From Schmidtea polychroa (lineage: Eukaryota), in assembly GCA_044892525.1 (NCBI GenBank), contig CM097886.1:66340001-66404000 (forward strand): 64,000 nucleotides of DNA, read 5' to 3'. Position 1 is the stretch's first letter. Each line of letters opens with the position of its first letter. The notes below the pieces were generated by a model. It was not told the DNA's origin. It was given only the letters and a program-made list of their open reading frames with translations, and did not search any database. A program made the position numbers and the translations under genes. Below, one piece after another: positions 1-10,420 of the stretch.

Positions 1-60
1 AGTCGATCAATTACACATGTATGCGTCAGAGAAGACAGAGATATATGCATAGTAACAGAT

Positions 61-747
61 ATGACACAAGACCACAAATTCTTCTGGGGAGAGGTCAAAC
101 CAAATACCCCTACTGTGGTATGCGCAGGAACCCAAGGGATAGTAGCATGTAAAGGAACAAGAACTGCACCAAGAAAAGACAAACCAAGGAGTATGGCAAT
201 TAAACAAGGTCCACTGATGGAGATAACAACCAAGAAGCCAAATAAATCAGTTAGTACAAAAACAACAACAGAGCAAAACCAAACTGAAGTAACAACAACG
301 GCAACAGGGATCAATGAAGTGATTAAGGATGAAAGACGAGAAGTGCATGTAACTATCAACCTCAACAAGAAAGGAGAAGAGGTAATTACAGTCAAAAACC
401 AAGAAGGAGAACCAATCATAAGGATATGCGTAATGGCTAAGACGGGAATAATCGACTGTACAACAACACCGATAGACAAAGGTGTAGACGTCAAAATAGA
501 GACAAGGAAACGAAAAGAGCGATATCAGGTATGTATCCTTAAGAAAGGAAGAGGAACCAGCGTATGTCAACCAATAACTCGACAAAAATCCCAATTAATA
601 AACATACCATGGATACCCCGAGATCGAGAAGGGGGAGAGAAACGAGAAAATCACAGTCACCTAACAGAGAAGGAGAAGGAACGACTACATCAAGCTTTTA
701 AGAAAATCAAAGCACCAGAAACGAATACCACAGGTAGTATAATGTAG
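61..747 (+). CDS. Hypothetical 228-aa cargo protein (beta-rich middle, basic patches)
   Basis: Open 228-codon ORF with the same A-rich codon style as its neighbours. AG lies 2 nt before the ATG. No recognisable domain. Confidence 0.55.
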   Translation: MTQDHKFFWGEVKPNTPTVVCAGTQGIVACKGTRTAPRKDKPRSMAIKQGPLMEITTKKPNKSVSTKTTTEQNQTEVTTTATGINEVIKDERREVHVTINLNKKGEEVITVKNQEGEPIIRICVMAKTGIIDCTTTPIDKGVDVKIETRKRKERYQVCILKKGRGTSVCQPITRQKSQLINIPWIPRDREGGEKRENHSHLTEKEKERLHQAFKKIKAPETNTTGSIM

Positions 748-962
748 TATAATGTAGGTAGTATAATGTAGGTAGTATAATCGAACTAGCGGAGGAAGGA
801 CTAACAATAGAAATACGATAGACGGATAGAGGGAAATTGTAGATATTTTGTAAAAACGGTGTAAAGTAATTGTAAAGTTATTGTATAAAGTAAAATAACT
901 CACCAAAACCATAAAAATTAGAAAAAGAAAAAATGCAAAAGAAATGACGAAATTTATTATAG

Positions 963-2141
963 ATGACTAATCGAGAGAGACCGAATATCCGAAAGAAAAC
1001 GATCACAATGAGAGAGGGAGAGGACGATACGCCATCTAGAAAGAGAGTGAGAGATGCGGAAGTTAGCGAAACAAAACCAAGTGGTTTCGCGTATTATCGA
1101 AGGATGGGAAATGATTATAGTTTAGTACATGGAAATTTGAAGCAGGGGAGTAATGAGCAATTCAAATGTGAGAACCAGAGATACCTGTCATTTGAACACC
1201 AGACCATTTTCACCAAGGAACAGAGCCGAGCGCTAGCACTCAACGGATTTTTCTTCTCAGGAAAACCAGAAATACCCGATCAAGTAACGTGTCACTTCTG
1301 TAATGGGAAATTAGCAGAATGGAAAAAAGGAGAACACCCAAAGAAGGAACATCGTAAACGAATCCCAACTTGTCCATTCATAATGGGATTTGATGTACAC
1401 AACAAACCGGAAATAAAATACGAAGCCTTGGAGAAATTGAAAACCGAAGATGAAAAAGGAGGGAAAATGACCATCGCGATAACCAGAATCATTGATGAAT
1501 ATGTCCCAACTTGTGAAGGTGAATTTCTCACGCAAATAGCAGATAATAGAATGAGAACGTTCGGAGACGATACGAGAGGACCTGAACTAGCAATAAGAGG
1601 ATTCTATCTAACAGAAAAGCAAATACTCAAGTGTGAAAGATGCGAAAGCCAACAGAGATTACCGGAGGAAGGCATACCAGAAATTAGACATCAAGCATGG
1701 TGCCTATATCACAACGAACAAGAAACCGAATATCCAGAAGTGTTAGTAACAGAAGAAGAGGTTGACGAAGTTGTAGACAAACCCAACATGTGCAGAGCGT
1801 TGAAAGCAGCCGGAATAGGCACGACAAGAGCAAAGAAAATGGTTAACGAGAGACTACAGAAAAACGTACATATACCAACAACAACGTACGATATGATCAG
1901 AGCAATTACTCAATACAGAGAAAAACCTGAAACAAAAATAAAAGAAGAATCAATGGTCAAAGCAGCTATCTTACGAGATATCAAATGTACTATGTGTTGG
2001 GAGATGAGTGTAGAAGTTATTCATATGCCATGCGGACATTTGATCGCATGTGCCACGTGTAGTAGAAAAGTAAAGGAATGTCCTATGTGTAGACAGAGGA
2101 TTGCGCAGCGAATCAAAGGATTTCGCTACGCCGATCAATAA
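963..2141 (+). CDS. Inhibitor-of-apoptosis (IAP/BIRC-like) protein: BIR, degenerate BIR, UBA-like segment, C-terminal RING
   Basis: BIR1 has canonical C-x2-C-x16-H-x6-C (CHFC..H..C, with ALALNGFFF). BIR2 is degenerate (ELAIRGFY..CERC..H..C). RING is C3HC4 (CTMC..MPCGHLIACATC..CPMCR). ALKAAGIGTTRAKKMV resembles the IAP UBA domain. Intronless. Confidence 0.92.
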   Translation: MTNRERPNIRKKTITMREGEDDTPSRKRVRDAEVSETKPSGFAYYRRMGNDYSLVHGNLKQGSNEQFKCENQRYLSFEHQTIFTKEQSRALALNGFFFSGKPEIPDQVTCHFCNGKLAEWKKGEHPKKEHRKRIPTCPFIMGFDVHNKPEIKYEALEKLKTEDEKGGKMTIAITRIIDEYVPTCEGEFLTQIADNRMRTFGDDTRGPELAIRGFYLTEKQILKCERCESQQRLPEEGIPEIRHQAWCLYHNEQETEYPEVLVTEEEVDEVVDKPNMCRALKAAGIGTTRAKKMVNERLQKNVHIPTTTYDMIRAITQYREKPETKIKEESMVKAAILRDIKCTMCWEMSVEVIHMPCGHLIACATCSRKVKECPMCRQRIAQRIKGFRYADQ

Positions 2142-2223
2142 CAAAAATTAAAATACCGTGTATAAAGTGTAGATAATAAATGTATGAAATAACAGTGGTA
2201 GTAATGGTGTAATTATTTAGACA

Positions 2224-3822
2224 ATGAATAAAGAATCACAAACCTATGTGGAAACCGAGATGCAACAACTCGAACAGTACAAATCCATCATACAAGCCTA
2301 CGAAGCAGAAAGAGTAAAGAGAGAAATAGAAATGTACAAAACCATGTATGAGAAAAAGCAACAAGAGTTAGAAGTGGAGAAGGCGGAAGCACTAGCAACA
2401 AAAGAGAAGTGGATGAAACAGGTAGAGGAATTAACCGAGGATGTGAGAAATACCTCAACATACCAAGAATTGGAGGAAGAGCTCTCAAATTTGCGAACTC
2501 AGCGGATTATGGAGATAGTTGGGTTATGCGGAGAGATAATAATGCAAAAGGCACAAATTAGAGAAGCAAAGGAGCAATACGAAGAGGAACAGCGTAAAAC
2601 GGAACGAATATAACTACAAGCGCAACAATGGAAACGAAAATACGAAACACTCCAAACGAGGCAGAATGATAGCCACGAACATCAAATACGAAGCTACAAG
2701 GCAGAACTAGAAGAAGCAAAGGACAAATGCGCAATGATGAAAGAAAAATGGGAAAGATGCAAAAAGACCCTAAACGAAGTCAGAGGGCAGGGGAGGAGAA
2801 CACCGCACAAAGAACCCATCGTTAAAGATAACGTATTAGAGCGAATTAACACACAAATAAAAGCCCAAGCTCAGAAATGGAAGTATAAATATCTAGGAAG
2901 TCAAACTCAAGTGCTCTATTGGAAAATCAGTAGTAAGGAACTACTGAGATTACGAAAAGCAGACCAAGAATTTTACGAAACAAGGGCTACACAGCGAGAA
3001 GAAGAAGAAGTAGAGTGGAGAAAACGACATCAGAGATTGGAGAAAACCGAAAAGTGTCTCAAGCATCAAGTCCGAAAATGGAAAAAGAATTGGAAAGAAA
3101 CCAAAGAAGAATTAAGACAGCTGCCCATGAGACTGATGGAGAGAGACGACTTCAAAATGTGGGAAATGATAGAAAACCAAAAGGAGGAGATTAGCCGATT
3201 GAGTAGAGAACATAGAATCAAAACGCGGACCAGCGACGGTAGACAGAGAATCATAAAGAAACAGACCGGAGAGATAAGAAGGTATGAATACCAGGAAAAG
3301 AGATGGGAACAACAATTGACAGACCAAGATCGACAGATCCGACAATTACAAACAGAAGTGGAGGAAGCCAATCAAGAGATGAACGGATATAAAGGTATGT
3401 ACACCCAAAGGGATGTGAATTGGAAGCACCAGATTGAACTTAACGCGAAATGTAGAGAGGAGTGTGATAAGGCAATTCAACAAGCCAATCAGGAAACTGA
3501 AATAATAAAACGATGCTTCGAAGAAAATGAAGCAAATCTGAGGGCAGAAATCGAGAAACTAAAAGCGCTTGAAAGAACCCAATGATTGGAAGAGGAATTA
3601 GACGAAATGATAGAAAACGAAAGTAGATTAACGTTTTTGTTGGATGAAGAAATAAACATCTCAACGGAATTGCGGGAGGAAGTAGATCGGTTAAGGAGAC
3701 AACCACCAATATTATTAATGCCGCTCTACCCGTTCCCGTTGCAAGTGCCACAGCCTGCCGAAGTCACAACAGATGAAGGCTTCGAAGAAAATAACGAACC
3801 AAATAACGCAACGTGTATTTAG
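2224..3822 (+). pseudogene. Long coiled-coil cargo ORF interrupted by two in-frame stops (TAA 2611-2613, TGA 3583-3585)
   Basis: Track ORFs 2224-2613, 2734-3585 and 3586-3822 are all in one frame, and E/K/Q/R-rich heptad-like sequence continues across both stops. Confidence 0.7.
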
Positions 3823-3942
3823 TCGAGGAGAGATGTTGCCTGTAAATAAGAATGAAAAAAAAAACCAAATAAAAATGACAAAACCAAAAGATTCAAATAA
3901 AAAGAAGACGAAAGGAAATATGATGTGTATATTTTTGTAGAT

Positions 3943-4710
3943 ATGAATTATTTAAAAGAAAGAGAATCAACGAGTAACGAAAGAAAGTCAAATGACCAAC
4001 CTGAACAAAGCCAGAATACGATACCAATCAAACAAGAACCAATGAAATATGATAGTAATAAATGGAGAGTCAGCAAGAAGTTGTTCAAAACAGAAATTGC
4101 AAATAAAAATGTAGAGATTACGAGATTGAGACAGCATATTGTTCAATCAAGGCGATTAATAAACATTGTCAAGCAAGAAATTTTGAGGGAAATAAATGAA
4201 TCGAAACGAAAAGAGACGGAAAATAAAAACCTGAGACAGGAGATAGTGGAATTGAGAGCTCAGGCAGTAATCGAAGATTATTGGAAATCAGAAACAAGTA
4301 AGTTGAAGAAGATTGTAAATATCGATCAAGTTTATATCGAACAGTTAGAAGCACAATACGCTTATGCAAAAACGAGAATGCGAGAAAGTAAACGAGTCGA
4401 GAAGAGAAATGCAAAACTCAAGGAAGAGATCAAGGAACAAAGAGAGGAAACAGAAAAACAATGGAAGTTGAAAGAAAATTATCGGAGAATTTTATATCAA
4501 AAGCGACGAAGCATGCAAACACTGCAGACGACAATGACCATCAAACAAAGAAAATGGAAAAGTAAAGAGAGGTAATTACAAGAAATACCAGAATTAAAGA
4601 AACAGTTGGTGGCAACACAACTCGAAGTAATAAGAATGAACGAGTTGAGTAAAAGACGAGCACCTGAACCTCCCATAAAATTAAGGGATGAGGTCGGTGA
4701 CTCCCAATAA
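3943..4710 (+). pseudogene. Second coiled-coil cargo ORF with one in-frame TAA (4573-4575)
   Basis: ATG 3943 follows ATTTTTGTAG. The frame continues past 4575 (LQEIPELKKQLVATQLEV..) to TAA 4708-4710. Confidence 0.6.
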
Positions 4711-4786
4711 ATGAGACAAACTAACCGTGTAAATAAATTGTAAATAAAGCCAAGTAATTATTATTAAAGTATATGTATATGTAAAG

Positions 4787-5844
4787 ATGAGAAGCCTAAT
4801 TGTGGTGATGATTATAATGGCATTGCCAAGAACCCTGCAAGCAGAAGAATCAATGATCAGATGCCAAAAAGAATACCCATACCGAAGAGAAGATAGCACA
4901 TGCAGTAGCTTTAAATCAATCTGCGAAAAACCCAATGAGGAATGCGAACAAATCAAGTTGCAATGTTCGCAATGTCCACCAACCACTGAAAGTTCAACGG
5001 AAGTGCAAATAGCTCAGACAATAAAAACAATCTTGGAGCAAGAAATGAAAGTTATCAGAACCCAGATAGCAGCATTGGCTAAACAATGTCAAAGCCAGAA
5101 ATCAAAGAGAGAATCCCAAACAGATCCAGCCGCAACCCAAATGAGAATGATGATAAAAATTAAAAACGAAATGACAAAAACCTTGAAAGAAATGACAAAA
5201 GAAATCCTCACTACCATAAATAAAAATCCGATGAACTCCGAAAAGATAGAGGAAATAAAACAACAATTAATGACAGCCGCCAATGGACGTGCAAGTAATT
5301 GCAGAATGGTAGTGAAATCGCTAGAGGAAATGAAAGGAAAAAAAAACCCAGCATTAAAAATGAGGTGACGAAAACCTTAAAAGAAATGACAAGAGAAATC
5401 CTAACTATCATAAATAAAAACCCAATGAACTCCGAGAAGATGATTAAAACCTTAGAGGAAATAAAGAAAGTTGTCACCTCGGAAGAAAACAAATTCAACA
5501 AACCCGAAAAATCAGAAGTTGCGGATACAACCCAATTGGGAGAAATGATGAACAAACCCAAAGTATTAGAACCCAGAGAGTCCGAACCCCTCACAATATT
5601 GATCCTATTAGCGGCAAGCCTAATGATAAACATCACCATACTGAGTCTAATTGCACTCAAACCCATTCCCAGTAAAGAAAGAAACAGAACCCTGAAACTA
5701 AAAGAACAATCACGAAGTATTCGTATCCCAATGGAAGAACAGCTAGTCCAAACAACAAACCAACCAAGATACTTCAAATCTTCTCCAAACATTGAAACCA
5801 GAGCCGTCATCGAGACGAGATCCCGAACAACAGAATTCTACTAA
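4787..5844 (+). CDS. Secreted or type-I membrane protein encoded in two frames joined by a -1 shift at the A9 run 5338-5346
   Basis: N-terminal hydrophobic signal peptide, Cys cluster, KSKR dibasic site, duplicated helical repeat, then in the -1 frame a TM-like segment LTILILLAASLMINITILSLIAL and a short tail. Confidence 0.6.
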
Positions 5845-5917
5845 TATGACATTACGACAGTATAAACATTTTGTGACATTATAAAACATTATCAAACGAT
5901 TGCGAGTCTAAGACTAA

Positions 5918-5998
5918 GCAGGTGAGCTCTATTGCTAAAACTACTCCCCATTGTATTTTCTCTTCGGGTTCTAGACGGCCGATAGAAGGTCTTACGTC
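5918..5998 (-). other. Conserved family block (TGACGTAAG.CCTTCTATCGGC..ATGGGGAGTAGT..GCTCACCTGC), copy 1
   Basis: The reverse complement matches 57553-57637 in four co-linear blocks and 12733-12795 in two blocks. Confidence 0.8.
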
Positions 5999-6860
5999 AT
6001 TGATCATTTTCTATTTTTACTTTTCTATCTCATTCGGTTATGGTCTTCATTTCTAGTTGTTTTCTATTGTTTCCTTTCAAAATTTTGTGCAGGGATGCGC
6101 CCTCATTTTTCTATTAATAAAGGTTGCTAGGTATTTCTTTTGATATTTATGAATATTTAAACTATCTCGCAAAAAAAATTTGAGCATGGATCGGCCCTTA
6201 TTTTCCAGCTAATAATTATTGTTCTACACTTCCTACAATATCTAAATTATCCTTTGAAAAATTTGAGCAGGGATTGGCCCTTATTTCCAAGTTAATCCGC
6301 GCTTCCCATAATATTTAAATTGTACTTCAAAAAAATTTGAGCAGGGATCTGCCTGTATTCTCAGTCCTAACCTATGTTTGGCCAAAGTACTTCCAGCGAT
6401 AGGACCCGTGAGGAAGCCCCCACATTTCGGCCCAATCCAGCTGCGTGATTGAAGAACCTCATGTCCACCGGCTGAGCTCCCGAAGGCACCTCATGCCATG
6501 ACATGAAGTTCCTCAACTCCACGTTACTATCGTTCACAATCAACAAATAATATAATTGAACTCAATAAAAACTATTATTTCAAACTTGAAACTAAATGAA
6601 ATTAAACAATAATGAAAAAAAAACTAAACTAAATTGAATATAAAATTTATTTAACTTTAAACATTACCTAAAATTTCATATTAAAATAAAATTACCAGTC
6701 CAATCCACAAGGGCATAAAATCGAAAATTGAGAGCATATGTTCGTTACCTGACAAACGATTTGTTGTGTAAAACTGAAAACTAATTTAACAAGTTGAACA
6801 ACTGAAATTTCAATCCGTATTTATACTGATTGAATTGTACGCCTACGCATTCTCTGCTAC

Positions 6861-6881
6861 TATATCCAATTAGAATGCGAG
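6861..6881 (-). promoter_or_regulatory. Promoter-like motif CTCGCA..AATTGGATATA of module A
   Basis: Same motif as 54488-54516 (+) and 30302-30327 (+). About 0.7 kb inside the shared terminus. Confidence 0.4.
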
Positions 6882-7558
6882 GCAATTCTGGTTAATTTTT
6901 GCATGCATGCATGCATGTGTGCAATTATTGTTTTTTTTAATTTAATTAATTTAGTTAATCAAAATTCTAATTTTTATTAACTTTTAAGATTTATTTTTAT
7001 AAATTCTATAATCAAAATAGTTTTTTGCTAATTTTAATTTAGTTTTACAAGTTTTGTAATTTAAATAAGTTCAGTTAATTTTACTTTAGTTTCATTAATT
7101 TAAACAATTTGGTTTTATAAGTTGTATAATTTAAATAATTTTGTTGGTTTTATTTTTAGTTTTAGTTTTATAAATTTTATGGTTTATCTAATTTTACTAC
7201 TTTCTTTCTACATTTTTTATTATTTCTCCAGTTTACTAGATAATTTATTTTAAATTTTAAATTTATTTATTTAGAAATTTCCCATATTATTAATTAATTC
7301 ATTACCCATTATTTTATTTATTATTATTTTAATTTTTAGTTGTTAGATATTCCGAATGCGATGTTTCTCCTAATTGTGTTAGTGATTGCGACCTTTATTT
7401 TCGTTCCTTTATTTTATCACCCGGGTCTTATTTATCATCAATGTGTTATGTACTTTAATTTGTATTGATTGGTGTTTTGATTTAACTTGGTGCGATTTTT
7501 ATGTTATGTATTTTTGATTCATTAAAACAAGCTCTCGATTCTCGGTTCTAGCCCAACA

Positions 7559-9113
7559 TAACCATCGACCACCAATTAATAAAATAATCCGAACTATTTA
7601 ACATATATCCTTAATTTAGGTTACCTTCAAAATTATAGTTGAAAAATTTGTCATCAAAGACCCCCAATAAACCATATCGTCATCAACTACCACCTAAATA
7701 TGCTAAATTGGCTTATCAGAATATATATTTAACTTATTTTATATTCAAAAATATAAATTGTAAATTTTCATGAATGACCCCCTCAACTTCATATAGTCAT
7801 TAATCACTACCTAAATATATTAAATTGGCTTATCAGAATATATATTCAACTTATTTTATATTTAAAAATGTAAATTGAAAATTTTTATGAATGACCCCCT
7901 TACAAACCATATAATCATCAACTACCACCTAAATATACTAAATTAGCTTATCTTAATATATATTTAACTTATATTATATTTAAAACTATAAATTGTACAT
8001 TTTCATAAATGACCCCCCTCAGACCATATAGTCATTAAGGATTACCCAAAAGTACTAATTTAATTTGTTTTCAGATATGTTCAACTTATATTACCTTTAA
8101 AAATATAACTTGTATTTTTATTTAACCGACCCCCCTCAAATCATGTAGCCATTAACTATTACGTAGGTATACTGAATTATATTATATTCATAGACAGTTA
8201 AATTATATTTCATTTAAAAATATAAATTCATAAATTTTTGTAAATTCCCCCTCCCCCCATATGTGGTAATCTTATACAAATATAAATTTATATTNNNNNN
8301 NNNNNNNNNNNNNNNNNNNNNNNNNNNNNNNNNNNNNNNNNNNNNNNNNNNNNNNNNNNNNNNNNNNNNNNNNNNNNNNNNNNNNNNNNNNNNNNNNNNN
8401 NNNNNNNNNNNNNNNNNNNNNNNNNNNNNNNNNNNNNNNNNNNNNNNNNNNNNNNNNNNNNNTATCACTCTCATTATTATTATTACTATTATCATTATTA
8501 TTATTATTATATTATTAAAATAATTATCTTTATTTCATGAAAATAAAATTATAAAACAAATTATTGATTTTGGAATTCCCCTATCTCTAAATTTAGTTTC
8601 AATGGCCCTATCTTCCAATAAAATTACGGAAAATCACTAATATCTATTTTTAGTAACATCCCCCCTTGAAACGACATCAACTATTATTAATTTAAATTAT
8701 ATCCATATATGTATATGTGTGTGGGTGTATATGTATATATATGTGGATGTGTGTATGTATATATAGATTTAGAAAATAACAAATACCATAATCTTCCCCC
8801 TCAAGACCCCTTTAAAGTAATAAAAATAGAATAATTTATAAAAATTATGGACAAAATTATGGACAAAATTATGTTCAAACTAAATCAAAAGACAAAACTC
8901 AATTGTAAACTAAATTTATTAATTCCAATCACCAAATTTATTTACATCATTGTCTCTTTGAATCATATTCATACCAAAAAGTCCTTCGAGCTCAGTTGAT
9001 GGACCATCCCGATGAAATACATTTCCTGGGGTTGGAAAATGGAAAACTTATATTAAAATATCTTTCAGAATTTCTTTTAGATTTCCACAATTAAATAATT
9101 CCAAATTATTTCT
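7559..9113 (+). repeat. Left arm of a ~1.5 kb inverted repeat, with five ~117-bp tandem subunits and an (ATT)n tract (gap)
   Basis: Near-identical reverse complement of 14876-16387. GACCCCC recurs at 7659, 7776, 7893, 8011 and 8128. Confidence 0.9.
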
Positions 9114-10420
9114 ATATAAACTACTATAAACTATAACCTATGTCAATTATAAAATATAAATCATGAATAGTGCTATATAAATAGTGAATGTATCCAATCC
9201 TTAAATACTTGTATATAAATTTATAAATTGTAAATAGTCATGTATAAATTATAAATGTATCGGGGTTATAAAATATAAGTTATAAATAATTATATAAAAA
9301 AAATTTTTTTTGATTATAAAATATAAAGTATAGATGGTTGCACCTAACTTATACATGTATCTTGATGCTCGAAAATAGAACCCATAATTAGCTATAGATA
9401 AATTCTGTCTACGAAATAGTAATTCTAAATAATTATATAAAATTTTTGATTACAAAATATAAAGTATAAATGATTGAATATAAATTATACATATATCTTG
9501 ATTTTATAAAAATAAACTATATATAAATTACAAAATTATATATAAATTTTGATCATAAAATATAAAGTATAAAATGGTTATATATAGAGGTTGAGTATAA
9601 AATATAAATAGTTATATACATATGTAACTTGTAAATATAGAACTAAATCATAACTGGCTATATATCAATTTTGATCGAAAACTATGAAGTATAAACAGCT
9701 ATATATAAATTGAGTATAGATCTTAATTAGTAAAATGCGAATTAGAGATAACCATTTGTAAAGTATAGAAACATAATTCATGAACCATACCTAAAGTATA
9801 AACTAGAATTCATATTAACTACCCAGGTTCCGAACGTAACCTGCCCAATTTGTAAAGTCTAATATCAGTCACCTCCAGAGATATGATCCTATGCCAAGGA
9901 TATGAAATATGAATTTTCGTTAAATTATAAATTCTAAATGCATACAAATTAAACTAAGAAATATAATTCGTATTAGTATTATCATTATTGTTATTATTAT
10001 TACTGTCAGTATTATCACTATTATTACCCTTNNNNNNNNNNNNNNNNNNNNNNNNNNNNNNNNNNNNNNNNNNNNNNNNNNNNNNNNNNNNNNNNNNNNN
10101 NNNNNNNNNNNNNNNNNNNNNNNNNNNNNNNNNNNNNNNNNNNNNNNNNNNNNNNNNNNNNNNNNNNNNNNNNNNNNNNNNNNNNNNNNNNNNNNNNNNN
10201 NNNNNNNNNNNNNNNNNNNNNNNNNNNNNNNNNNNNNNNNNNNNNNNNNNNNNNNNNNNNNNNNNAAAATCCAAATTTGATTGAATAATCGATTTAGGAT
10301 TTCCCCTCACAACTAAATTTAGAACCTACCCTTTTGCCCCAATAAGAATGATCATAATTCCTAAAGTCTATTTTTAGTAACACCCCCCCCTCGGAGAAAA
10401 TGCTAGGACTATTAATTAAA
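9114..10420 (+). repeat. Older diverged copy of the same repeat family (AT-rich tandem units, ATT tract, core)
   Basis: TTTTGATyAyAAAATATAAAGTATA-like units at 9.3-9.7 kb. The 10290-10420 segment resembles 8570-8700. Confidence 0.5.

Larger units (their letters stand above)
1..7558. mobile_element. Module A: partial LTR-like giant element carrying an intronless cargo ORF array (class inferred; left end outside window)
   Basis: Strongly A-rich + strand with back-to-back intronless ORFs over 61-5844. Family block at 5918-5998, promoter-like motif at 6861-6881, and terminus TTCTAGCCCAACA at 7546-7558, which recurs at 18537-18549 and (reverse) 54149-54161. Confidence 0.6.

Noticed and set aside
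8214-10310. Track ORFs spanning N gaps, and the poly-Ile ORFs at 15467-15731
   Set aside because: Artefacts of assembly gaps and (AAT)n microsatellites.
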